From Isorropodon fossajaponicum endosymbiont JTNG4 (GTDB lineage: Bacteria > Pseudomonadota > Gammaproteobacteria > PS1 > Pseudothioglobaceae), in the NCBI RefSeq assembly GCF_016592615.1, contig NZ_AP013043.1:930001-962000 (forward strand): a stretch of 32,000 nucleotides of DNA. Direction: 5' to 3'. Positions 10,523-18,951 of this stretch are shown in pieces. Position numbers and translations under genes: made by a program. Within the stretch, counting starts at the first letter, position 1. Each line of letters opens with the position of its first letter. Below the pieces are notes generated by a model. The model saw nothing but the letters and a program-made list of their open reading frames with translations. It was not told the DNA's origin and did not search any database.

Positions 10523-10848
10523 TTTTTATTGTTTTTGTCATAATCTTATGGTTAAATTATTTAATGATTTATTTTTACCGTGCAAACAAGCGAATATTTA
10601 AAAAATATTTTTGCACTATATTACCTTTGAAAACTTATTGGTAGTTAATAAATGGTCATTCTTTTAACCGATTTAATGATTTTTGTAAACACACTCAATG
10701 TTTAAAAAGCCATTTTTTAATCTTGGTTAAGCTGACTCTTTCTACACGATATGTGCTGAAAATGCCGATATAGACTTTAAATAGCCATTTCAAACTATTC
10801 GTTTTATTGGTGGTAAGGAGTGTGTTTATTTAATGACGGCTGTTTCTT

Positions 10849-12213
10849 TTAAAAACTAATCGCCATTTTTAGGCGTGATAGTGTTTTATCTTTACCAACC
10901 AGTTCAGCTACAATATCAATACTACCTGCATTGCCGTTGCCACTTAGTGCAAGCCTAAAAGGTTGGCCTACCTTGCCAAAACCGATGTTAAGCTCAAAGC
11001 ACACCTCTTTAACGGCTTGTTTGACGTTGTTGGCTTGCCAAGTACTTAGGGCTTCTAGTTTTGTAAGTAAGTGCTTGAGTGGCGTTTTATCTTTAAAGTG
11101 TTTTTTGGCAAGTTTTTCGTCAAAAGTATCGAAATCTTGATAAAACATTTTCACTTCAGCTGCCATATCAACTAAGGTTTTACATCTATCTTGTAAATGT
11201 TGGACAACTGTTTTAATATCAGGCGTGTCTGTAGTGGTAATTGCTTGATTTTTCAGATGCCAAGTTAGGTTATTAAGTAAATTCTCAACACTGGAATTTT
11301 TAATGGTTTCTTGATTGAGCCATAAAAGCTTATCTTGATTAAAGCTTGCAGGCGCCTTGTTAATGTTTTTTAATTCAAACAGTTTAACAATTTCATCCAT
11401 AGAAAATATTTCTTGATCGCCATGCGACCAACCTAAGCGAGCTAAATAATTAAGCAAGGCTTCGGGCAAAAAACCCGCATCTCGATAAGCCATGACACTC
11501 ACAGCACCGTGGCGTTTTGAAAGACGCGCACCATCACTGCCTAAAATCATGGGCAAGTGTGCAAATTCTGGCAAATGCCAGCCTAATGCCTGATAAAGGT
11601 TAATTTGCTTAGGAGTGTTGTTAATATGGTCATCACCACGAATAACACAATCAATTTGCATGTCATGGTCATCAATCACCACGGTTAAATTATAAGTTGG
11701 TATGCCATCGCTACGAGCGATAATTAAATCATCCAACTCTTTATTATTGATTGAAATTCGTCCTTTAACTGCATCATTAAAAACCACTAATCCCTCTTCT
11801 GGGTTGTTAAAACGCACAACGCCGGTATTTAGGTTTTTATCTCGACAACAACCATCGTACTTGGCTTTTTTACCTTGCTTGATTAAATCTTCACGTAAGA
11901 TTTGTAAGCGCTCTTTAGAACATTCGCAATAATAGGCTTTTTTTTTATCTAGTAGTTGCTGTACAACTTGCTTGTAGCGATCAAAACGATCTGTTTGATA
12001 AAAAGGGCCCTCGTCATAGTCAAGCCCAAGCCAATCCATGCCTTGTAAAATTGCATCAACGGATGCTTGGGTTGAGCGCTCTAAATCTGTATCTTCAATA
12101 CGTAATACAAGTTTACCATGTTGCTTTTTAGCCCAAGCCCAAGCAAAAAGTGCAGTTCTAGCACCGCCGATATGTAGGTAGCCTGTTGGGGATGGGGCAA
12201 ATCTTGATTTCAT
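10849..12213 (-). CDS. gltX: Glutamate--tRNA ligase
   Basis: The ORF is 454 aa. It has the class I motifs PSPTGYLHIGGART (HIGH) and RLSKRHG (KMSKS-like). Confidence 0.95.
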   Translation of the reverse strand: MKSRFAPSPTGYLHIGGARTALFAWAWAKKQHGKLVLRIEDTDLERSTQASVDAILQGMDWLGLDYDEGPFYQTDRFDRYKQVVQQLLDKKKAYYCECSKERLQILREDLIKQGKKAKYDGCCRDKNLNTGVVRFNNPEEGLVVFNDAVKGRISINNKELDDLIIARSDGIPTYNLTVVIDDHDMQIDCVIRGDDHINNTPKQINLYQALGWHLPEFAHLPMILGSDGARLSKRHGAVSVMAYRDAGFLPEALLNYLARLGWSHGDQEIFSMDEIVKLFELKNINKAPASFNQDKLLWLNQETIKNSSVENLLNNLTWHLKNQAITTTDTPDIKTVVQHLQDRCKTLVDMAAEVKMFYQDFDTFDEKLAKKHFKDKTPLKHLLTKLEALSTWQANNVKQAVKEVCFELNIGFGKVGQPFRLALSGNGNAGSIDIVAELVGKDKTLSRLKMAISF

Positions 12214-12218
12214 TATTA

Positions 12219-12668
12219 TTATGGACTTACTTTATCGGCTTTATCAAACCAATATTTTGATTTTTCTAAATCTTGCTCAACCTCTTTACCATCTTCATAC
12301 AGCATACCCAATGTATACATCGGACCAGGAATGCCAAATTCAGCGCCTTTTTCAAACCACTCAATAGACTTTGTAATGTCTTTTTCTACGCCTTCGCCAG
12401 TCATATACGCCACACCTAGCATGTGATGAGCAAATACATGATCTTGACTTGCTGCTTGTAAGAAGTTTTCAAACCCTAAAGGTTGGTTTTTAACCATGCC
12501 TAAGCCATTCATTTGCATCATGCCAACACGCCATAAGGCCTCAGCATTACCTTTTGTGGCAAGTGGGGCTAATAATTGATATGCCATGGTAAAATTCTTA
12601 GTATCAAATGCAGTAACACCGCTGGATAAATCTGCATCATATATGTCTGTATTGCTTGAATTTGACAT
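12219..12668 (-). CDS. Sel1-repeat (TPR-like) protein
   Basis: The ORF is 149 aa with three or more Sel1-type repeats (..AEALWRVGMMQMNGLGMVKN.., ..AHHMLGVAYMTGEGVEKD..SIEWFEKGAE.., ..MYTLGMLYEDGKEVEQDLEKSKYWFDKA). It has no signal peptide. Its stop lies 5 nt upstream of the gltX start. Confidence 0.7.
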   Translation of the reverse strand: MSNSSNTDIYDADLSSGVTAFDTKNFTMAYQLLAPLATKGNAEALWRVGMMQMNGLGMVKNQPLGFENFLQAASQDHVFAHHMLGVAYMTGEGVEKDITKSIEWFEKGAEFGIPGPMYTLGMLYEDGKEVEQDLEKSKYWFDKADKVSP

Positions 12669-12705
12669 CTGTTTCTCTAAAATAAAAAAGTAATTAATTT
12701 TACAC

Positions 12706-12714
12706 TGTTATAAT
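12706..12714 (+). promoter_or_regulatory. Candidate extended -10 promoter element (TGTTATAAT) for the plus-strand cell-wall operon
   Basis: TGnTATAAT sits in the 80-nt divergent spacer between the Sel1 gene and the Mth938-like gene. The -35 element is poor. The track start at 12713 lies inside this element, which favours the ATG at 12749. Confidence 0.35.
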
Positions 12715-12748
12715 GTGCTTTTATTCACCAAATAGTCGCTGTAATACC

Positions 12749-13111
12749 ATGGAATTTAACCAACAAGAGGCGAGCCCTAACAGTATTGTTTCTATCGAAG
12801 AACGCCATGTTAAATTAGCACACACACAGCTTAAAGTTCCTTGTTTTATTTCTTCTCGTTATCATTGTGAAATTGACATGACTCATCTTGATGATATTGA
12901 TAAAGTTTCATTATTCCCCCTATCCAATCAAGATGATATTGATTTATTAATCATCGGCACAGGTGCAACACATCAATTTTTACACCCAAAACAACAAGTA
13001 GCCATTCGGCAAATGGGTATTGGCACTGAAAGTATGAATAATAAATCAGCTTGTCGAAGTTTTAACTTACTATTGTCCGATGCCAGATCGGTTGGTTTGT
13101 TATTATTATGA
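12749..13111 (+). CDS. Mth938-like (DUF498 / NDUFAF3-like) domain protein
   Basis: ..IDLLIIGTGATHQFLHPKQQVAIRQMGIGTESMNNKSACRSFNLLLSDARSVGLLLL matches the Mth938 pattern GTG...FLP......GIG.E.M.T.AA.R.YN.L..E.R. The start is taken at MEFNQQE. ATGA overlaps the rodA start. Confidence 0.6.
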   Translation: MEFNQQEASPNSIVSIEERHVKLAHTQLKVPCFISSRYHCEIDMTHLDDIDKVSLFPLSNQDDIDLLIIGTGATHQFLHPKQQVAIRQMGIGTESMNNKSACRSFNLLLSDARSVGLLLL

Positions 13112-14247
13112 AATTATTAAGTATTGCACAAATACGCCACTATTGGCATTATTTTAAGATGGATACGCCTTTATTTTTACTGATTATGGCACTCAGTGGA
13201 TTTGGACTTGTTGTGCTTTATTCAGCCTCAGCAGGCTCTATGCAAACTATTTACAAACAAGCGTTTCACTTTGTGCTTGCAATTAGTGCGATGCTGGTCA
13301 TTGCTCAAATACCACCTTACCAACTTAGGCGCCTTTCTCCTTACTTAATGTTATTTGGTATCTTTTTACTGATTTTAGTCTTGATTTTTGGCTCAAGCAG
13401 TAGTGGCGCTCAACGCTGGCTTAATTTGGGTTTTATACGCTTTCAGCCTTCTGAAATTATGAAAGTAATTGTACCTATTGCCATTGCCTCAATTTTAAGT
13501 GAAAAAACCTTACCACCAAAACCACTACCTGTTTTCTTATCCATTGTTGCCATTATTTCAATCGTAATACTCATTGCCAAACAGCCAGATTTGGGTACTT
13601 CTCTATTAATTGGTGCTTCTGGCTTTTACGTGTTGTTTTTTTCAGGCATCCGTGTTCAAATTCTTAAAAATAATTGGTTAAATTTTGCACTAATTTCATC
13701 AATCATCACCTCAGGTGCCTATGTTGCATGGAGCTATCTATTAATGGGTTATCAAAAAAAACGCATCCTAACTTTGATTGACCCAAGTTCTGACCCGTTA
13801 GGTTCTGGCTATCATATCTTACAATCAAAAATTGCGATTGGATCTGGCGGCTTGGTTGGCAAGGGTTTGGAGCAAGGTTCCCAATCCCAACTTAATTTCC
13901 TGCCTGAGCATGCAACTGATTTTATCTTTGCTGTGATCGCTGAAGAGTTGGGCTTTATGGGTGTTATATTTTTATTTACCTTGTACGGGCTAATTATTTA
14001 CCGATTATTGGTCATTTCTTTCCAGTCAGAAGATAATTTTTCAAAACTATTAGGTGCAAGTTTAACTCTTATCTTCTTTACTTATATTTTTGTTAATGTT
14101 AGCATGGTGTCTGGGCTATTACCTGTGGTGGGTGTGCCATTGCCACTGATTAGCTATGGCGGCTCATCACTCATCACTTTAATGTCTAGCTTTGGCATTA
14201 TCATGGCAATTCGCAAACACAAAACACCAAGATATTTACAAAATTAA
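13108..14247 (+). CDS. rodA: SEDS-family peptidoglycan glycosyltransferase RodA (MrdB)
   Basis: The ORF is 379 aa and polytopic. It has the FtsW/RodA/SpoVE signatures ..QPSEIMK.., ..PEHATDFIFAVIAEELGF.. and ..GVPLPLISYGGSS... No mrdA (PBP2) gene is upstream. Confidence 0.88.
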   Translation: MKLLSIAQIRHYWHYFKMDTPLFLLIMALSGFGLVVLYSASAGSMQTIYKQAFHFVLAISAMLVIAQIPPYQLRRLSPYLMLFGIFLLILVLIFGSSSSGAQRWLNLGFIRFQPSEIMKVIVPIAIASILSEKTLPPKPLPVFLSIVAIISIVILIAKQPDLGTSLLIGASGFYVLFFSGIRVQILKNNWLNFALISSIITSGAYVAWSYLLMGYQKKRILTLIDPSSDPLGSGYHILQSKIAIGSGGLVGKGLEQGSQSQLNFLPEHATDFIFAVIAEELGFMGVIFLFTLYGLIIYRLLVISFQSEDNFSKLLGASLTLIFFTYIFVNVSMVSGLLPVVGVPLPLISYGGSSLITLMSSFGIIMAIRKHKTPRYLQN

Positions 14248-15239
14248 TGCGCGTACTTTTACTTTTACTTGTTTGTTTTTCTAGCTCGATTGTTGCTAAA
14301 ACTTTACCAGCAACCAACTTTCAAGCAACTCATGACTTTATTAATAGAATGGTGAAAAATCATCAATTTAACAAGGATGAGTTGCTGTTTATTTTTTCAA
14401 AAATTGAGCTAACACTTGCAGATAAAAACCAAAAAAAGAAAAAAAGAAAAAAAGAAAAAACCATGTCTTGGGATAAATACAAAGGTTTATTTATTACTGA
14501 GCAGCGCATTAAAGACGGCATCAACTTTTGGCAAGATAACTTAACAACGCTTAAACGCGCTGAAAGTAAATACAATGTACCTGCAGAAATCATAGTTGCT
14601 ATTTTGGGTATTGAAACCAACTATGGCAACAAAAAAGGCACACATCCAACTTTGGAAACGCTAGCAAAACGAGCCTTTGGTAATTATAGAAGGAAAAAAT
14701 TCTATCAAAAAGAGTTAAAAGAGTTCTTGCTTATGTCACGTGAAAACGTCATTCCACCTTTATCCATACAAGGTTCTTATGCAGGTGCAATGGGGTATCC
14801 ACAGTTTATTGCCAGCTCTTATAGATACTACGCTGTTGATTTTAACCATGACGGTAAGATTGATTTATTCTCAAATCCTATTGACGCAATCGGCTCCATT
14901 GCTAATTATTTTGATCAACACCAGTGGCATGATGGGGGCGAATTTGCAAGACCCATTACACTTCAATTAAACCACTTAAAACACGCTAGATTAAGCACTA
15001 GTAAACCTAAAAAAAATACTCAGTACTGGCGTAATAAGGGTTTGGACATTCACCAAGATATTAAGAATAAAACCAAATTGGCATTTATCAGCCTGCCACA
15101 AGATGAAATCAATGAAACTTGGCTCACTTTTTGGAATTTTTACGTGCTAACGCGTTATAATCATGATAATAGATATGCGATGGCAGCTTATCAACTATCA
15201 AACAAGTTAAAACAAGCATTCAATCAACTAAACAACTAA
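14247..15239 (+). CDS. mltB: Lytic murein transglycosylase B family
   Basis: It has a signal peptide (MRVLLLLLVCFSSSIVAK). It has the catalytic-Glu motif ILGIETNYG, followed by GAMGYPQFIASSY and YNHDNRYAMAAYQL, as in MltB/Slt35. Its ATG overlaps the rodA TAA by 1 nt. Confidence 0.8.
   Translation: MRVLLLLLVCFSSSIVAKTLPATNFQATHDFINRMVKNHQFNKDELLFIFSKIELTLADKNQKKKKRKKEKTMSWDKYKGLFITEQRIKDGINFWQDNLTTLKRAESKYNVPAEIIVAILGIETNYGNKKGTHPTLETLAKRAFGNYRRKKFYQKELKEFLLMSRENVIPPLSIQGSYAGAMGYPQFIASSYRYYAVDFNHDGKIDLFSNPIDAIGSIANYFDQHQWHDGGEFARPITLQLNHLKHARLSTSKPKKNTQYWRNKGLDIHQDIKNKTKLAFISLPQDEINETWLTFWNFYVLTRYNHDNRYAMAAYQLSNKLKQAFNQLNN
14431..14460 (+). repeat. (AAAAAAAG)x3 + A6 octanucleotide tandem repeat inside mltB, encoding QKKKKRKKEK
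   Basis: Direct reading gives A7G at 14431-14438, 14439-14446 and 14447-14454, then A6 at 14455-14460. The unit length is not a multiple of 3. Confidence 0.9.
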
Positions 15240-15245
15240 TACTTT

Positions 15246-16373
15246 ATGCAATATCAATCATTTACTAAGCCCCTGGTTATCCTTATATCCTCTCTTACCT
15301 TAAACACTCAAGCGGCAATTTTTATCACTCCTAAAGCACCCGAAATATCTGCTGCTGCTTATAGTATTGTTGATTACAATTCCGGTAAGGTCATTGCAAG
15401 CAATAAGCAATTTGATAAACGCGCACCAGCAAGTCTAACCAAACTAATGACAGCTTATGTCGTTTTTCAACTTATTAACGACGGTCGTATCAGCTTAGAA
15501 GATGAAGTGCGTATCAGCAAAAAGGCGTGGAAAACAGGCGGTTCAAAAAGTTTTGTAGAAGTGGGCAAAACCATTAAACTTGAAACCTTACTTAAGGGCA
15601 TGATTATTCAATCTGGTAATGATTCCGCTGTCGCCCTGGCTGAACACATTGCAGGAACTGAAGGCACGTTTGCCACTTATATGAATGAATATGCACGTCA
15701 ACTTGGTATGAATAATTCTTGGTTTGAAAACGCTTCTGGCTTGCCAAATGATAATCAGTACACCACTGCTGCTGATATAACATTATTAGTAACAGCAACA
15801 ATCAGAGACTTCCCCCAATTCTACCCATGGTACTCACAAAAAGAATTCACTTACCATGGCATTAAACAGCGCAATCGCAATAAACTACTATGGAGCGACC
15901 ATACAGTAGATGGGCTGAAAACTGGATTTACTAAAAAAGCAGGTTATAACTTAGTGGTCAGTGCCAAACGCGTTGGTATGCGTTTGATTTCTGTTGTGTT
16001 AGGGTCTAGTAGTGTGAACGCTCGAACCTCACAAACACGAAAAATTCTTGACTACGGCTTTCGCTTTTTTGAAACTCAAACCATTAAAGATATCAAAAAA
16101 GAAGTGCCTATTACTAGCGCAACCAAAGACACACTAAAGGTAGGTACGTCAAAGGTAGTCAGCTTCACTCTAGCGCGTGGCCAGTTCAAACTTTCAGACC
16201 AAGTGATTCAACTTGATACAGCCTTGTCAGCACCTATCAATAAAGGTGATATTGTTGGCAAATTACTCATCCAGTTTGAAGGTAAAACCATGGTAAGCAT
16301 TCCACTGGTTGCACTTGAAGATGCACAACAAGCGGACTTCTTCTCACGTATGCTTGAGGCTATTGGGTTTTAG
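15246..16373 (+). CDS. D-alanyl-D-alanine carboxypeptidase (PBP5/6 class, DacA/DacC type)
   Basis: It has a signal peptide. The motifs are SxxK (ASLTKLMT), SxN (QSGNDS) and KTG (LKTGFT), with a C-terminal PBP5-type beta domain. Confidence 0.9.
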   Translation: MQYQSFTKPLVILISSLTLNTQAAIFITPKAPEISAAAYSIVDYNSGKVIASNKQFDKRAPASLTKLMTAYVVFQLINDGRISLEDEVRISKKAWKTGGSKSFVEVGKTIKLETLLKGMIIQSGNDSAVALAEHIAGTEGTFATYMNEYARQLGMNNSWFENASGLPNDNQYTTAADITLLVTATIRDFPQFYPWYSQKEFTYHGIKQRNRNKLLWSDHTVDGLKTGFTKKAGYNLVVSAKRVGMRLISVVLGSSSVNARTSQTRKILDYGFRFFETQTIKDIKKEVPITSATKDTLKVGTSKVVSFTLARGQFKLSDQVIQLDTALSAPINKGDIVGKLLIQFEGKTMVSIPLVALEDAQQADFFSRMLEAIGF

Positions 16374-17206
16374 TGGTATTTTTAAACGGCGAATTTATTG
16401 AAAAAAACCAAGCACATATTTCTGTGATGGATAGAGGGTTTTTGTTTGGCGATGGTGTTTATGAAGTCATTCCTGTTTATAACAACAAAATATTTCGCCT
16501 TAATAAACATCTATTGCGCTTACAAACAAGCCTTGATTCAGTCAAAATTAAAAACCCGTATAATTCAAAAGAATGGGGCGATATTCTAAGCAAACTTCTT
16601 GGCTTTTATAACAACCAAGAACAATCAATTTACTTACAAATAAGTCGTGGGGTGAGCGACAAACGTAAACACAGTTTTAATGATTTAACACCAACAGTTT
16701 ATATTGAATCAAGTCCCTTGCTGACCAAAACTAAGCAAGCACTTCAAGCAGGTTTTGCAGCCATTACCCAGCCAGATATTCGCTGGCATCGATGCGACAT
16801 TAAATCCACCTCTCTTTTAGTCAATGTTATGTATTCACAACAAGCAAAAGAAAAAAACGTTGAAGAGGTTATTCTTCATCGAGACAATCAAGTGACTGAA
16901 GGCGCGACTTCCAATGTATTTATAATCAAAAATGGCATGCTATTTACCCATCCAACTAGTATTCATATCCTGTCTGGTATTACTCGCGATTTAGTACTAG
17001 AAAGTGCAAAAGCATGCCATATTCCTATTAAAGAAACCTCATTTTCAATGAGTAAGCTAAACACTGCAGATGAACTGTGGATTTCTAGCTCCACGCGTGA
17101 AATCATGCCCATTACCCAAGTTGATGGCAAGTTAATCAACTGTGGCAATATTGGTAATGTCTGGGGCTGTGTTTATGATTATTACCAAAGTTTAAAAAAT
17201 GCATGA
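16373..17206 (+). CDS. dat: Class IV aminotransferase, D-amino-acid (D-alanine) transaminase-like
   Basis: There are long collinear matches to Bacillus Dat as I remember it. These include DRGFLFGDGVYEV, DIRWHRCDIKSTSLL, EVILHRDNQVTEGATSNVFIIKNG.LFTHP and ILSGITRD. The GTG start shares one nt with the upstream TAG stop. PabC or IlvE cannot be fully excluded without a search. Confidence 0.7.
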   Translation: MVFLNGEFIEKNQAHISVMDRGFLFGDGVYEVIPVYNNKIFRLNKHLLRLQTSLDSVKIKNPYNSKEWGDILSKLLGFYNNQEQSIYLQISRGVSDKRKHSFNDLTPTVYIESSPLLTKTKQALQAGFAAITQPDIRWHRCDIKSTSLLVNVMYSQQAKEKNVEEVILHRDNQVTEGATSNVFIIKNGMLFTHPTSIHILSGITRDLVLESAKACHIPIKETSFSMSKLNTADELWISSSTREIMPITQVDGKLINCGNIGNVWGCVYDYYQSLKNA

Positions 17207-18146
17207 TGAGCGTCTAGATAAACTAGGCAATTGGCTTGAAAATTTCTTTGGTCATCAAAATTTTGCACTCACAAGTGCAAGTGATGATGCTAGTTTTCGT
17301 CGTTATTTTAGAGTCCAGTCTCAGCAAGAAACTTTTATTGCCATGGATGCTGCGCCACCCTCAAAGGAAAATACTGGGTCTTTTATCAAAATTGCTAAAC
17401 TATTTAACCGGCATAATATTCATGCACCAAAAATCATCAGCATAGATTTAAAACAAGGTTTTTTATTGTTGGAGGATTTGGGTTCAACCACCTTTTTACA
17501 AACCTTAAATGGGAATTTTAATCTTGATTTATACAAAATAGCCATTAACGAACTCATCAAAATACAAGCCATTAACACTCAAAACCTAGTACTTAAAAAA
17601 TACGACAAACAACTGCTCAACACTGAAATGCAGCTACTGACAGATTGGTACTTACCTAAAACGCTATCCAATACCCATCTTCAAAATTTACAAGCTATTT
17701 TTAGGTTATTGTCTGACAATGCGCTTAATTCAAAACAAGTGTTCGTACACCGTGATTATCATTGTCGCAACTTAATGACACTAAAAGACAATGATTTGGG
17801 CGTGATTGATTTTCAAGATGCACTAATTGGCTCAAATACTTATGATTTATGTTCACTACTTAAAGATGCTTACTTTGAATTGCAACCCCTTGAATTGCAA
17901 ATGCTTTTACAATACTACTACGATCAGGCTAATATTGATACTGAATTTTCTCAATTTGAAAAACAGTTTGAATTGATGGGACTGCAACGTCATTTGAAAA
18001 TATTAGGCATCTTTAAACGTCTGTCAATTAGAGACAACAAGCACCGATACTTAAACGACCTACCATTGGTTAAAAAGTACGCACAACAAACAGCTAATAA
18101 ATACCCAGAACTTGCAGCACTTAAAGAGGTTTTATGTTTGGTATGA
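17199..18146 (+). CDS. amgK: Anomeric MurNAc/GlcNAc kinase (aminoglycoside-phosphotransferase fold), AmgK-like
   Basis: SASDDASFRRYFRV..FIAMDAPP..GFLLLEDLG..HRDYHCRNLM..VIDFQDA fits the AmgK pattern. The gene lies immediately upstream of, and overlaps, a MurU-like gene, as in Pseudomonas. Confidence 0.75.
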   Translation: MHDERLDKLGNWLENFFGHQNFALTSASDDASFRRYFRVQSQQETFIAMDAAPPSKENTGSFIKIAKLFNRHNIHAPKIISIDLKQGFLLLEDLGSTTFLQTLNGNFNLDLYKIAINELIKIQAINTQNLVLKKYDKQLLNTEMQLLTDWYLPKTLSNTHLQNLQAIFRLLSDNALNSKQVFVHRDYHCRNLMTLKDNDLGVIDFQDALIGSNTYDLCSLLKDAYFELQPLELQMLLQYYYDQANIDTEFSQFEKQFELMGLQRHLKILGIFKRLSIRDNKHRYLNDLPLVKKYAQQTANKYPELAALKEVLCLV

Positions 18147-18787
18147 TTCTAGCAGCAGGTCGAGGAAAGCGCATGATGCTACTGACTAAGAACACACCAA
18201 AACCTTTAATTAAGGTTCAAGGTTTAACACTCATTGAACATTCAATTAACGCCTTAAAAAATGCTGGCATCACCAAAATAGTCATTAACATTTCATATTT
18301 AGGCGAACAAATTAAGTCTCATCTTGGTAATGGCTCAAAATTTGGTGTCAATATTCACTATAGCGACGAGTCAAAAGGCGTGTTAGAAACTGCAGGCGGT
18401 ATTATAAAAGCATTGCCCTTGTTAGGCATCAAGCCTTTTGTTGTCATTAACAGCGATGTGCTTTGTGATTATGATTTGTCAAACCTAACACTCCCAGAAA
18501 ACTCACTAGCTCATCTTGTACTAATTGACAATCCTAAGCACAATCCAGCAGGTGATTTTTCATTAAACGATACTCAATTAACCCTAGCAGATACAAAAAC
18601 CTACACCTTTTCTGGTGTTGGTATTTACCACCCCACTCTGTTCAAATCTTATTTATTTGAGAAAAAATTAGCACTCTCAAAGGTGCTAAAAGCAGCCATT
18701 GCTAAAAATCAAATTAGTGCAGAATACTACACTGGCTACTGGCAAGATATAGGCACACCAGAACGTTTAGAATTAGCCAACAAGTAA
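18134..18787 (+). CDS. murU: N-acetylmuramate alpha-1-phosphate uridylyltransferase, MurU-like nucleotidyltransferase
   Basis: MILAAGRGKRM..TPKPLIKV.G..LIEH.. is a sugar-nucleotidyltransferase N-terminus. The ORF is 217 aa and paired with amgK. The start could be 18134 or 18143. Confidence 0.78.
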   Translation: MFGMILAAGRGKRMMLLTKNTPKPLIKVQGLTLIEHSINALKNAGITKIVINISYLGEQIKSHLGNGSKFGVNIHYSDESKGVLETAGGIIKALPLLGIKPFVVINSDVLCDYDLSNLTLPENSLAHLVLIDNPKHNPAGDFSLNDTQLTLADTKTYTFSGVGIYHPTLFKSYLFEKKLALSKVLKAAIAKNQISAEYYTGYWQDIGTPERLELANK

Positions 18788-18814
18788 GCCAGACTAAATG
18801 TAAAATAACGACTT

Positions 18815-18923
18815 GATAGTATCAAGAGTGTGCCGACAATGAATGGTTATGAACCCCGCCAGATCTGGAAGGAAGCAACGGTAATAATTTTTTCATGTGT
18901 TGGATAATATTCTTGGTGCTATC
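18815..18923 (+). ncRNA. ffs: Signal recognition particle RNA (4.5S RNA)
   Basis: It contains the conserved domain IV core GCCAGAUCUGGAAGGAAGCAACGG; E. coli has GUCAGGUCCGGAAGGAAGCAGCC. The 5' GATAGTATCAAGAG pairs with the 3' TTCTTGGTGCTATC over 14 bp including G-U pairs. ATGAA/TTCAT and CCGACA/TGTTGG pair internally. A T-run follows. The position upstream of dnaX-ybaB-recR is a known conserved arrangement. Confidence 0.85.
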
Positions 18924-18951
18924 ACTTTTAATATAATCAGCCCTATTTTTG

